Part shown: piece by piece, positions 25,301-38,218 of the stretch
How the letters are laid out: the number at the start of each line of letters is the position of its first letter
Position numbering within the stretch: the first letter of the stretch is position 1
Source of the DNA: Octopus sinensis
Taxonomy: Eukaryota
Direction of reading: 5' to 3'
DNA: 64,000 nucleotides
Assembly (NCBI RefSeq): GCF_006345805.1
Contig: NC_042999.1
Span: 6,324,001 to 6,388,000, forward strand
Position numbers and translations under genes: made by a program
The notes under the pieces: model-generated
The model's database searches: none
What the model was told of the DNA's origin: nothing
What the model saw: the letters and a program-made list of their open reading frames with translations, nothing else

Positions 25301-26199
25301 GACAACCAATGCTGGTGTGTTTACGTCCCCGTAACTTAGCGGTTTGGCAAAAGAGACCGATAGAATAAGTACTGGGCTTACAAAGAATAAGTCCTGGGGT
25401 CGATTTGCTTGACTAAAGGTGGTGCTCTAGCATGGCCGCAGTCAAATGACTGAAACAAGTCAAAGAGTAAAACTTAAATTACCAAATTTTTAAACAATTG
25501 GAACAGAATTGTAAACAGTGATGGAAACCACAAAGATGCCAAACTTCTTTCCACTCGGCCACGTCTGTGCCTTGGTAAGAAAGTTAAAATAAAGCAACCT
25601 GGTTATGATTGCTGAGTCAGGAAGAAGTAGGCTCCACATCCTTCAAACTCTGAGTATAAGGAACTAAGGAAAGCAATTTTGTTTTAATTAGCATTCACTA
25701 ATGTTTCCCAGACTAAATGTATGGAATATAAATGGCAATGAAGCAGTTATGATTTTTTGTTGTATTCCCTTAAAGAACACAAATTTTGAATACCATTTGT
25801 TCAGTACATTCAGGTTCTCATTAAAGATGAAAGGGGGTGGTGGTCTATAAGAGTTGTGTGAGAGCTGGAATGCTATATGGGAATGAGACATGGTGTCTGA
25901 GGGAGAGAGAGATGGTAATTTTGAGGATGATGACTGGGAGAGCAATGGGGAGAGAAATGTGTGGGGCAAGCTGGCAGAAATGTTAACATGCTGGGCGAAA
26001 TGCTTATTGATATTTCATTTGCCATTATGTACTGAGTTCAAATTCCGCCGAGGTTGACTTTGCCTTTCATCCTTTCGGGATCGATAAATTAAGTACCAGT
26101 TATGCACTGGGGGAGGGTCGGTGTAATCGACTTAATCTCTTTGTTTGTCCTTGTTTGTCCCCCTCTATGTTTAGCCCCTTGTGGGCAATATAGAAATAA

Positions 26200-26535
26200 G
26201 AGGAGGACTGAGGATTTGATGGGGTTGGTGGAATCGGTGGAACGGTTGGTAAGGGCGAATGGAGCGAGGTGATGTGGGCACGTTTTGAGGGGGGATGAAG
26301 AGCGTGTTCTGAGGAGGGTGATTGCGTTTCAGGTAAATGGAGCGCGAAAGTGAGGTAGACCGAGGAAAAGGTGGGACAGGTTAAGTGGAGAAGGAGATTG
26401 GGAGGATTGGTTTGAAAAAGGAGGATGCCCAAAACCAGGCGAGATGGTGTGAGGGCGGTTGCTATGGCATTGAGAGAGATCTGGCCACCCCTGTTAACGG
26501 GGACAAAATCCGGATTTAAAACACTGGATGATGAT
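26200..26535 (+). mobile_element. 5'-truncated 3' end of a second RTE lineage
   Basis: One frame reads RIGLKKEDAQNQARWCEG (RTE C-terminal motif); ends in CTGGATGATGAT. Confidence 0.7.
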
Positions 26536-27153
26536 TGTGTTTCAAGTTACAAATGTTTAAAGTTTCTCACATTGAAATCTCAAGAGAACAAAAACCACTT
26601 GATGTATTTTCTGTGCATAAACTTACATCTTTCTCTCTATTTGCTATACACCAGTTTAATCAGGATGTCTCTCCACTGCATGTATACAATATTGATCTTA
26701 AATTGGTTGGAGAATATTTTCTTTGAGAATTTTTTTTTTTTTTTTTTTTTTAAATCATGCTTAAAAATTAGGAGCCAGTGTGGCTGTGTTGTTTGGAGGA
26801 TGTTTCCCAACCACATGGTTCTGGGTTCAATTCCATTCCATGGCATTTTGGGCAAGTGTCTTCTGCTGTAGCTTGGGCCGACCAATCCTTTGTGAATGGA
26901 TCCGGTAGATGGAAACTTTAAAAGTACATTATGTGTGTTTGTGTTTGTTTGTCCCCCCCACAGCCACCTGACAACTGGTGTTGGTGTGTTTATGTCCCTG
27001 TAACTTAGCGTTTTGGCAAAAGAGACTGATCAAAAAGTAGTTGGTTAATGTGTAAGGTGTAGGAGCCTCAGTTGTTGTTGTTTGGAAAATGTTTTTTAAT
27101 TCTGAAATTCACTCATCTTCAATGTTTATTAAATGAAATTTTTTTCATTCCAG

Positions 27154-27280
27154 ATTAAAAGAAGTTGCTGAAAAGATTAGTCGATATGGCTTCACAAGTC
27201 CTCCTGCTCTGTCATCTTTACGAAACTTAGTTATAACACAGTGTGTTTTGGGACCCAATTATGTAGCTCTTTTACTGGAG
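27154..27280 (+). CDS. UBR5: UBR5 exon 2 (LKEVAEKISRYGFTSPPALSSLRNLVITQCVLGPNYVALLLE)
   Basis: tttcattccag acceptor, GAG|GTAAGT donor. Follows a 24,701-bp intron 1. Confidence 0.95.
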
Positions 27281-27657
27281 GTAAGTGGCAACACTTAATA
27301 TACAATCCTGTTTGTACACTTGTAGCATATATAACATCTGTATACCTTTATATATAACATTCGAGCGAGGTTGTCGCCAGTGCTGCTGGACTGGCTCCTG
27401 TGCAAGTGGCACGTAAAAAGCACCATTTGGGTGTGGCTGTTGCCAGTTTTACGAAACTGGCCCTCGTGCCGGTGGCACATAAAAGCACCCACTACACTCT
27501 CAGAGTGGTTGGCGTTAGGAAGGGCATCAAGCTGTAGAAATTCTGCCAGATCAGATTGGAGTTTGGTTCGCCAGACCTCAGCATGGAAAGCGGACGTTAA
27601 ATGATGATGATGATACTGTGATCTTGTATGTTTACATAACATCTATATACCTGGAGT

Positions 27658-27870
27658 AAAGATTATTTGCCAACATAACACGGCAGTCTTGATTTAGGAT
27701 GAATGTTACTGTAATTTAGCCCTAGGAGACATTGTCTCCAACTGGCTATACGACACGATCTGTGTCCTTATATTTTCATCCAAACCAGGACTGCCATGTT
27801 ATGTTGGCAAATAATCTTTTCTCCAAAGTACTGTTGCTGAATATCTCTCATTGTGAGATTTACAAATAGT
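27658..27870. mobile_element. Asymmetric fold-back repeat (family C)
   Basis: 31-bp or longer inverted arms (GATTATTTGCCAACATAACA...); related sequence at 47316-47550 and 29116-29355. Confidence 0.6.
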
Positions 27871-28133
27871 AATTTTCTAATCTATATACACCTTTATATT
27901 ATAACATTTTTACTGTAAGGGTTTTACTTATGAAGCAATAATACTTATGGCAGACTTATGTTTCTGAATAACTCTATTAAAAGAAAAGGTTTGTGAGTTG
28001 AATCTTTGCCTAACTCTAGCACCAATCTGTTGCAGTTGAAAATGTCTCAAGATCTGGTACCTAGTTCCAAACGCTACAGAAACCAAAGACTATCAAATTA
28101 AGTGTAATCCTTAGAAACACAGACTTTTTTTAT

Positions 28134-28425
28134 ATTATGTACATTATTTACATTGGACGGATATTTGTCCTCATCTTGTTTGTTGTTAACACAACATTTC
28201 GGCTGATATACCCTCAAGCCTTCATCAGGTGTCTTGGGGAAATTTCAAACCTGGGTTCTCGTTTTCATAGGAATGAGAACCCAGGTTCAAATTTTCCCAA
28301 AGACACCTGATGAAGGCTGGAGTGTATATCAGCCGAAATGTTGTGTTAACAACAAACAAGATGAGGACAAATATCCGTCCAATGTAAATAATGTACATAA
28401 TTCTTCATCTCTTAAATATAGAACT
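28134..28425. mobile_element. Fold-back hammerhead element, family A (5'-truncated, no tRNA head)
   Basis: About 127-bp inverted arms. GACAC-CTGATGA-A-GGCTG..CAGCC-GAAA-TGTT-GTGTT at 28302-28347, mirrored at 28188-28233. Confidence 0.8.
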
Positions 28426-28619
28426 ATAGACTTTTTTGGCTGACCAGACTCTTACATTTGTCTCTTGTCAGACTTTTTCAAAATATGTTTCGGACAAAAT
28501 TAAATTCTTTTAATTCTATAAAACAAGATTGATGATTCTTAATTCACATTGAAATGTTCTGTTGTTCCCATTGTGATAAAAACTGACCTTAATATCTGTT
28601 GTCTGATCTGCTTCCACAG

Positions 28620-28693
28620 GACAGTCGAGTTTGTCGAGTGCATTTCAATGTTCTTAATGAGAGATTGGATTTAAATAAGAATGATAACAAAAC
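28620..28693 (+). CDS. UBR5: UBR5 exon 3 (DSRVCRVHFNVLNERLDLNKNDNK)
   Basis: cttccacag acceptor, AC|GTAAGT donor. Matches DGRVCRI..RL.L.K of UBR5. Confidence 0.95.
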
Positions 28694-29115
28694 GTAAGTA
28701 TTTCAAAATAATGACCCTCCGCTACTGCTACGCTGTTTCTCTTATTTAGAATGGTTCCCAACTGTGTGAATTTAAGTAAAAAAAAAAAACTAAAAAAACC
28801 CAGAGCATGTTAATAATTTTCTAACCTTTCATTTCAGAAACCACTGGGTTATGCCGTCTTCTTTGTTGCTTAAGATTAACCCCCCCCCCTCTCTCTTCCC
28901 TATCCCTATCTATATACACATGTATGTATATGTATGCACACATATATACATGTGTGAATACACACACACACACTGAAAGAGTTGATGTATAAACACCAAG
29001 AAAGAAATCTGATAATTAAAAACTCAGAACTCATTAGTAACGTGTCGTTAAACACCAACAGGAGAAATAATACATTTCTAAATCACTCAGAGAGATTTAT
29101 GCAGTAGCAGCACAA

Positions 29116-29355
29116 TAAAGTGATGGTATGTTGTCAACTTAATGTGACAGTCCCATGAAAGGGAAGAATGCTACTGTTATTTAGCCCTGGGAAACACCGT
29201 TTCCTGTTGGACATGACATATTTTCTGTGAAAACATAAGGACGCAGAAAATGTGTCAAGTCCAACCGGAAACGGTGTTTCCTAGGGCTAAATAACAGTAG
29301 CATTCTTCCCTTTCATGGGACTGTCACATTAAGTTGACAACATGCTATCACTTTA
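29116..29355. mobile_element. Near-perfect palindrome (family C-related)
   Basis: About 112-bp arms; shares TGT.ATTTAGCCCT.GG with 27658-27870. Confidence 0.75.
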
Positions 29356-29850
29356 AACTCCAACAAGTTATCACATTACTGTAAATCTAAGTGGGGCCTT
29401 GGTGCATGTATATACATAATTAGGCTAAAATGATCTTAAAGACCAACATATTTAAGAAAAAAAGCATAAATTTTGTACTCAACAGATGCTTTAAAGCCAA
29501 GTATATAGTGTAGGGTTTTATGAAATTCGCAGCACGAAGTTTTGTCAGCGAACAGGTCGTGGTCTCGAAGCGACGAAAATATTTTGACAAATTAAATTTA
29601 AATGTTGAAGTGAATGTAACGGATTTTGTGTGTTTCTTAAATGGCTTATAAACACCTTCCACGCTGCAATTGTTTACGTTCCAGCACACGATCTCAGATC
29701 AGGTCACTTGCTATGCAAGTACATCTCCGTAATTACTAAATGGTAATTTCAAATTGTAAAGTTATTTGTGGTTCTGGAAAGTTGTTCATTTTAGAATGTT
29801 TTCCCTGCTTCTCCATTATTAAAAAAACAAACAAACCCTTTCTTTTAAAG

Positions 29851-29970
29851 GAAACCTGACAAAAGTGAAAAGACAGAACGCACAGCAGCAAGGAGCAATA
29901 CATTTGTGGTTGAGAGCCCTCTTGTGTTGGTATCTGATGCTTTTGGATCTTCAGCGCCACAGCCATCTGG
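29851..29970 (+). CDS. UBR5: UBR5 exon 4 (KPDKSEKTERTAARSNTFVVESPLVLVSDAFGSSAPQPS)
   Basis: tttcttttaaag acceptor, GG|GTAATT donor. 120 nt, phase 2-2, fits the flanking exons; weak similarity to the vertebrate linker. Confidence 0.8.
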
Positions 29971-30330
29971 GTAATTAAGTTTATTATATCCGATATTTTA
30001 TTAACAACTGTTAATGCATCTACAATTTGTGTATTTAGTTAATTTTTTTTATTAAAATATTTCTGTTGAAATTCCTTGTTTTTCTGTTAATAACTTCAAC
30101 CCTTTAACATTTTAACCGATCAAATCTGGCCTAAATATTCTGTTTTATGTTCAGACTGGCCAGATCAAGCTTCTCACACCTACCTTACAATGTCATTCTA
30201 AAAATAAGCAATCACATAATCAAAAGCTACAAGATGATGCATGAATAATACAAAAAAGAAATGTGAATAAGTAAGCATTAAATTGGACAGAATAATCTGA
30301 ATGCTGAAGAGAGAAAAAAAAAATAATAAA

Positions 30331-30492
30331 GGCGCAGGAGTGGCTGTGTGGTAATTAGCTTGCTAACCAACCACATGGTTCCGGGTTCAGTCCCACTGCG
30401 TGGCATCTTGGGCAAGTGTCTTCTGCTATAGCCCCGGGCCGACCAATGCCTTGTGAGTGGATTTGGTAGACGGAAACTGAAAGAAGCCTGTC

Positions 30493-30540
<48 letters not shown>

Positions 30541-30757
30541 TTTTCTATGTCTGTGTTTGTCCCCTTAGCATTGCTTGACAACCGATGCTGGTGTGTTTAC
30601 GTCCCCGTCACTTAGCGGTTCGGCAAAAGAGACCGATAGAATAAGTGCTGGGCTTACAAAGAATAAGTCCCGGGGTCGATTTGCTGGACTAAAGGCGGTG
30701 CTCCAGCATGGCCGCAGTCAAATGACTGAAACAAGTAAAAGAATAAAAAGAAAGAAT
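30331..30757 (+). mobile_element. tRNA-derived SINE family 1, full length. Other copies: 25070-25472 +, 37128-37533 -, 60838-61241 -, and fragments near 7560-8240, 8540-9060, 9850-10410, 24130-24460, 26775-27040, 32270-32465
   Basis: GGAGTGGCTGTGTGGTAA A-box region, GGTTCAGTCCC B box, internal (TA)/(TG) tract, AAAAG-repeat tail. Confidence 0.88.
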
Positions 30758-31274
30758 AAATGAATATAGTAAAATAACTTTGTCCTTAGGAAGCTGATGC
30801 TTGGAACATAAGTTGGCACAAAATTTTAAAAGGAAGTTTTGACTTAGCCCACCTTAACCCTTTTGGTTCCAATCTACTCAATGCTGTCCTTGGTTCTGTG
30901 ATACAAACTCAGTTTTAAAGTGTTCTCAATTAAAAGTGTTCATCAAAATTTAATTGGATGCCACACTGTATTAGCACAAGTGCGTGGCCTGTCCTCTGGC
31001 TAAACATGGTGGGGGACTTTTATAGTGCCACTCTTGACTGAATAAATCTTGGTCCGGTCTGTGCATATGTATGGATGATATATGATCAAGCTTAAGTGAT
31101 GGCTAGGGAGCTATTTGGTTGTCATGATGCATAGGGTTTCACATAATTAAACACAAATTCACAGAGCCTGGTTGTTGTTTGGAGAAATGTATTTTGATTT
31201 TAAGAGCATCAAAATTAATATTTTATTTATTGTTTTTTTTTCATGTAATATTTGTGTGTTGTTGTGAATTGTAG

Positions 31275-31443
31275 GCGATGGGGCTCTGGCTCCTCAAATT
31301 CTGCCTCCCGTAGTAATAATAACCAGCAGGGTTATAACAGAATGGCCAGAGCAGTTGTGAACAGAGGTCGACGTTCAGGGGTTATTGTTGGAGCTCGACC
31401 CTTAGTACCAGCTTCTGTTGTTCCTGAAGAACTCATAAATCAG
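31275..31443 (+). CDS. UBR5: UBR5 exon 5 (RWGSGSS...RPLVPASVVPEELINQ), start of UBA domain
   Basis: tgtag acceptor, CAG|GTAAGA donor, conserved PASV.PEELI.Q. Confidence 0.95.
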
Positions 31444-32024
31444 GTAAGAATTCTCTAGTCACTCACGTGGGTCTTTGATGTTTCTTATGCATCTCTACCG
31501 TCATCGTCATTGTTTTAATGTCCACTCTTCCATGCTTGCACGCGTTGGACAATGTTTACTGAGGCTCATTTTCTGTGGTTGGACACCTTTCCTGTTGCCA
31601 CCCCTCACCTGTTTCTAAGTAAGGTAATATTCCCCCATGGCCAGACATCATCATCATTTAACGTCTGCTTTCCATGCTAGGATGGGTTGGACGATTTGAT
31701 TGAGGTCTGGCGAACCAGACTCTAATCTGATCTGGCAGTTTCTACAGCTGGATGCCCTTCCTAACGCCAACCATTCCGTGAGTATAGTGGGTGCTTTTTA
31801 CGTGCCAAGGGAGGCTGGAAGCGGTCACGATTGGCTGGTGGTTTTTACGTGCCAGGGGAGGCTGGCAACAAATTACAAAATCTACAAATGTGTTTCTTTT
31901 ATAAATTAAAGTTGTAGCCAACTTTCTAAATGTATTTTCCTTTTCATCACCTGCAATCATAGAAGCAAACTTCCCCGTGGAATTGAAAAATCTTGTCTAA
32001 ATCTTGTTCTCCATTTCTCTGCAG

Positions 32025-32084
32025 TGTCAAGTTGTATTGCAAGGAAAATCACGCAACCTGATAATTCGTGAACTACAGAGAACC
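32025..32084 (+). CDS. UBR5: UBR5 exon 6 (CQVVLQGKSRNLIIRELQRT), UBA domain
   Basis: tttctctgcag acceptor, ACC|GTAAGT donor. Confidence 0.96.
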
Positions 32085-33068
32085 GTAAGTATTGACAGAC
32101 TTTTCTTCTCCATTTGCCTAAATGTCACTTAGTCTTTAAATGAAGAGTGTGTTTAAGAAAAGAAAGAAGTGAATAATACTGGCAGTTTCATTATCATTTA
32201 AAGTATGTTTACCATGCTGGCATAGGTTGGATGGTTTGACAGGAAGTGGCCACTTGGAGAGCCTTTTATGCGTTACAGGGGATGTAAACACACCAACACC
32301 AGTTGTCAAGCAGTAGTGGGACACACATACACGATGGGCTTCTTTCAGTTTCAGTCTACCAAATTGACCCACAAGGCTTTGGTCAGTCCGAGGCTATAGC
32401 AAAAGGACTTGCCCAATGTGCCACGCAGTGGGACTGAACCTGGAACCATGTGGTTGGGAAGCAACTATTTATTTTTTTCTCTTGACTCCTGTATGATGAT
32501 GTATCATCTCCTTGCACATATGCACAAGTCAAATCATTAAAGAATTTTAGCTCGTTAAGAAATGAGTAGAATTTTTATTAAAAATTTCTTTTAAATTTGT
32601 GATTCTTGATTACCAAATTGTTTCTGTATTCTTCCTTTGGTTACTTTCTCAACAAAGGATATAGTTTTTTTTTTTAATGATTGTACTTAAGAACTTAATT
32701 TATATTATTGTTGTAGTGATATTAATAAACTTTTACTAAATGCTATAATAAATTTAAAATTTCAACATCGTTCTTTCTCTCATTCAATTATCTGAAGAAT
32801 TTTAAAATGATACATGAAGTTCCATGTAGCTTCAGCCTGTGGCATTGGTAAATCTGCAGAATCCTGTTTCTTGATTCATTTCAATTAGAAAAGACACAGA
32901 CCCCCCCCCCCCCCCCAAGTTATTACATAAGATCCTGATAAAACTTAATTAAGCTAATATAATAGGGTGAATCATTATATTTGTCAGTTTATGAGTGTAG
33001 ATATCACCTCTGTTATAAATGAAAAAAATTCATCTTAGGCACATTTTATTTCTCTATTTAACGAACAG

Positions 33069-33162
33069 AATTTGGATGTTAATCTAGCTGTGAATAATTT
33101 GTTAAGCCGAGATGACGAGGGAGAAGAGAATGAAGAGGATAGTCAGGATTCTTACATGCCAG
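33069..33162 (+). CDS. UBR5: UBR5 exon 7 (NLDVNLAVNNLLSRDDEGEENEEDSQDSYMP), end of UBA domain
   Basis: aacag acceptor, CAG|GTAAAT donor, phase 1. Confidence 0.96.
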
Positions 33163-36100
33163 GTAAATGTACAGCCTCTCGTTTATGTTGTTGCTATTAT
33201 TATTTTTTTAATTAATAATTTTCAAGTGTTTTACATGCAGTTTTTTTTTTTTCTTAACATAAATTGGTAGAATTTTCACAAATTTGGACTTTTGCAAATT
33301 GTTACATTTGTTGACTGTATTGTTTTGTTATCAACCGTTTTTATGTTGTGAAGGAGGATGAGTTGAAGGTGTTTGTCATCTTTACTCCCAACGCACCATT
33401 ACAGTGGTTGAAGTAGTAAAGTTTCAACTGCAGACACTACCAACTTACCCTCAGGCGTCTTACCCTTCGTGTGTGTGTGTGTTTTGTTTTTTTTGTTTGT
33501 TTTTGTTCTGTTGTGGAGGCGCGTGGCTTAGTGGTTAGGGTGTCAGCACCATGATTGTAAGATTGTGGTTTCGATTCCTGGACCAGGCGACGCATTGTGT
33601 TCTTGAGCAAAACACTCCATTTCACGTTGCTCCAGTTCACTCAGCTGGCAAAAATGAGTAACGCTGCGATGGACTGGCCTCCCGTCCAGCTGGGGACACA
33701 TACGCCATAGAAACTGGGAAACCGGGCCCATGAGCCTGGCTAGGCTTTAAAAGAGTGCACTAATTATTTTTGTACTGAAAGTCTAATAATATTTTAAATT
33801 GTGATATGAAGAGATGTTCCTGAAGTAGACATTCAAGAACAATATTTACTTACTATGGACACTGTTTATATTAGTCCGACTGGTGCCCTCATCTTGATTG
33901 TGGCTTTCATTATGTTTCTGCTGTTCTATGCTCCAGCCTTCTTCAGGTGTCTTCGGTCAAACTTGGTCTTTGTGTTAGCCTTAACCACCGCAGCCTGTTG
34001 CTGAAACTTACTGGTGACTGCACATTTTCCCCAGTCACACTGCACACCGTTTAATTACAAGGAAATGTAATTGGTTTTGCATTTTCGCAATATTTCATGT
34101 TATTTAAACGTGCTTGAAACCATGTCAAAGATGTAGAATAAAGTATTTCTCCAAATAATGAAAATGTGCCACCTGTGGTGCATCTGGCAGATGTGTGAAG
34201 TTTGCGATGACCCACTGCTGGTACATCTGGTGGTGAATGTGTTAAAACGGTTTTGTTGGATGTCATATGGGAATCTGATGCATATTTGAATCGGTTTCAA
34301 CAGAGAAAATAATTAATGACTTCATTAGAAACAGCTTTTGCCACAGATATTATTGCTTAACATAAAGTATAAATCATCATTCTCTAACACACCAGTATAT
34401 AGCATAGTGGAAGTGCAATGGCCCAGTGGTTAGGACAGCGGACTCACGGTCGTAGGATTGCGGTTTCGATTGACAGACCAGGCATCATGAGTGTTTATTG
34501 AGTAGAAACCCCTAAAGCTTCACGAGGCTCCAGCAGGAGGTGGTGGCGAAACCTGTCTCTACTCTTTCTCTCACTCTTTCTTCCTGTTTCTGTTGTATTT
34601 GTATTTCAAAGGGGCCAACCTTGTCATGCTGAATTTCCACAAGAACTACGTTAAGGGTACACATGTCTGTGGAGTGCTCAGCCACTTGCATGTTAATTTT
34701 ACAAGCAGGCTGTTCTGTCGATTAGATCAACTGCAACCCTCGTCGTTGTAACCGACGGTGTGCCACGATATAGCACAATGGCATAGACAAATAGTAATTT
34801 ATGCCATACTTGTTATTACCTACAACAACAAAGCTACATAATTGTATTGAGATGTGGTGAAAGGGTATTATTATTATTATTATTATTATTATTGCGATTA
34901 AGGTGGCAGAATCGTTAGTATGCTGGCTGAAAGGTTTCACGGTATTTCGCCCATCTTTATATTCTGAGTTCAAATTCCACCGAAGTCGACTTTGCCTTTC
35001 ATCCTTTCAGGGTGTATAAAATAAGTACCAGTTACACATTGGGGTTGATGTAATCGACTTAGTCCCTTCCCCCAAATTTGAGGCCTTGTTCCTATAATAG
35101 AAAGGATTATTATTATTATTATAATGTATGTAACATGTTATTGGAGTATATCAACAACAAAGTTCTCAGTTGTACGAATTGGATGTCAACTTTTGAGTCA
35201 GCACTTCCTTAGGAAGATATAAAATGTAGTTAGGGTTGCTTAGAGTCATACAATTCTGTATTTCTGAGATGAGGAATTTTATATTCTGTACTATTTGGAG
35301 TGGTGTCACTAAAGTGAACCACAAAGACACCTGATGAAGACTGCAGTGTACACAGCCAAAACATAGTGAAAGCAACAATCAAGGTGAGGAGACCAGTTCA
35401 ACAACTAATACTTAATATTGCTTAGAGTGAGCCTGGATTAAGAAATGGTCAATGGTAACGAATCTGGCATCATTTCTTGGGCCTAGCTTCACTTCATAGA
35501 CCAATTCCATTATCAAGTGTAACTCAGATTTATGCACATTTAGGTCAGTTGAAGGAAATTGGTATTTGTTAAGATTGTATTCATGTTGGGAATGAGTGTT
35601 TGAACCCATGGCTTTGCATTAATGGTCAACCAGTTTGACTATAAATGGATTGTCTTTATCATCCTTTAGTATTCATATTTTCATCATCATCATCATCGTT
35701 TAGCGTTTGCTTTCCATTCTAGCATGGGTTGGATGGTTCAACTGGGGTCTGGGAAGCCAGAAGGCTGCACCAGATCCAGTCTGATCTGGCAATGTTTCTA
35801 CGGCTGGATGCCCTTCTTAATGCCAACCACTCCAGTACCCTGACTGGTTCCCATGCTGGTGGCACATAAAAAGCACCATCTGAACGTGGCTGATGCCAGT
35901 GCCCCCTGACTGGCTCCCATGCCGGTAGCATGTAAAAAACACCCACTACATTCTCGGAGTGATTGGTGTTATGAAGGATGTCCAGCTGTAGAAACATTGC
36001 CAGATCAGATTGGAGCCTGCTGCAGCCACTGGCTCTCAAGTCCCCAGTCAAACTGTTCAACCCATAGCATGGGTTTTCCAAGCATGGAAAAGGGACGTTT

Positions 36101-36454
36101 AAACGGTAATGGTGATGTTGCAATTAGACTCAATACTCTGCATTATTGAGAATAGCACATTGCAGAAAAATGAAGTTTAGATTTGTAACTATTCATATAT
36201 GTATGCCAACCTCTGTGTGTTTGTGTGTATGTTTATATACTTACATGGTTATATGTCACTATGTGGTTAAGTAATTCCTTTTGCGACTACAATTTGGATT
36301 TAATCTCTGTGCATGAGAGTTCAAACAGCATATTCTACAGTCTTTGGTCAATTAGGACCTTGAGAGAGGAACTTAGTTGAACGATACTGTGCGATAGTCC
36401 AGGAAGTCCATTGTATATGGTGTATAGGAGTATGTATCAAACACTATAGCTAGC

Positions 36455-36488
<34 letters not shown>

Positions 36489-37330
36489 GAGGCACAATGG
36501 CCCAGTGGTTAGGGCAGCGGACTCACAGTTGTAGGATCGCGGTTTTGATTCCCAGACCGGGCGTTGTGAGTGTTTATTGAGCGAAAACACCTAAAGCTCC
36601 ACATGGCTCTGGCAGGGGGTGGTGTCGATCCCTGCTGTACTCTTTCGCCACAACTTTCTCTCACTCTTTCTTCTGTTTGGCCTGCTCGCTTAGCCAGAGT
36701 GGGGTGGCGTCATTTGAAGGCTAAAACAATGTGAAGCGCATTGTAACCAGTGATGTGTAACAACATTTGATAGCCTGGTCAGTCACGGTGATATGTGTGT
36801 GTGCATGCATGTCTGGAACTGAAAAGGAATGCAGCAAGCCACTAAACATGGGAAGAAGGAAACGAAGTTTGAAACGGTGCAAGTACAGGCAGTGTTCTGT
36901 GTCACTGGGCAATACACACACCCAAAGGTTATGAGTTCAATCCCCACTAAAGGTGGCGTTTAAATAACAGCAGGACACCTAGGAGTCACTATTTTTGTGG
37001 GCCAGTTTCCCTTCGAGTGTCGGGAACCAGTGGGCCAAAAGACTTGTTTGATGGAAGCTCTTCCTCTGATTTCACCTGCTCTCAACTAGCCCTGTAGCAA
37101 GTTTCCATTTAATCCCTGTGTGTGTATACTCTTTACTCTTTTACTTGTTTCAGTCATTTGACTGCAGCCATGCTGGAGCACCGCCTTTAGTCCAGCAAAT
37201 CGACCCCGGGACTTATTCTTTTTGTAAGCCCAGTACTTATTCTATCGATCTCTTTTTGCCGAACCGCTAAGTGACGGGGACGTAAACACACCAGCATCGG
37301 TTGTCAAGCAATGCTAGGAGGACAAACACT

Positions 37331-37374
<44 letters not shown>

Positions 37375-38218
37375 CGACGGGCTTCTTTCAGTTTCCGTCT
37401 ACCAAATCCACTCACAAGGCATTGGTCGGCCCGGGGCTATAGCAGAAGACACTTGCCCAAGATGCCACGCAGTGGGACTGAACCCGGAACCATGTGGTTG
37501 GTAAGCAAGCTACTTACCACACAGCCACTCCTGTATATATATAAATAAATAAAAGATTCTTTTTTATATATGTCTATGCTAGATGATCTTCATTTATGTC
37601 AAATATATAAATCAATAATTTGAGAAGACATCAATAACTGGCATACATGAAGTACATAGTAGGCCTGATGGAAGTCATGTTTGGTCACTATCCAATGGTG
37701 GCAACTGATGTGAAAATATATGTATTTATATGAACGGGTGTATATGTTTGTGTGCTTGGGTTTATGTGTAGGTACATGTATGCTTGTGAGTGCACACATC
37801 TGCATAAGCATTGTACATATCTGCACATGTATATAAATGTGTTATTTGACTATGCATGCTTATCCCAATTGCTTAGTTTTGGGTTCAGTTCCACTCTGCA
37901 GCACCTTGAGTCAGTGTATGCCCCACCCACCCCAAGCTTTGTGAGTAGATTTGGTAAGGAGAAACTGAAGAACTTTGTGTGTGTGTGTGTGTGTGGTCTC
38001 TTGACATTGTGCAATAGTTGTAAATGGATGTCGCTGTCATGCATGTAGTGTAGTTCGTTTCTAACCTTCTGTGAAAACCTGTCCTGTCATGGGGGAGATA
38101 TTACCTTTGTTGGAAAGATGTGACAAGGACATTTGGCTATAGAAAAATCTACCTCACTGAATTTCCTCCGACCCATGTCAGCATATAAAAGTGGATGTTA
38201 AAACAATAATCATCTTAC

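Noticed and set aside
25506-25580. Donor-like TTG|GTAAGA with an upstream short open frame in intron 1
   Set aside because: The candidate exon lengths and phases do not fit UBR5 exon 2 and the acceptors are weak.
34200-34285. GATGA...CTGA with a short terminal stem, possible C/D snoRNA
   Set aside because: The C box is imperfect and I cannot identify an rRNA/snRNA-complementary guide. It would need a snoscan/Rfam search.
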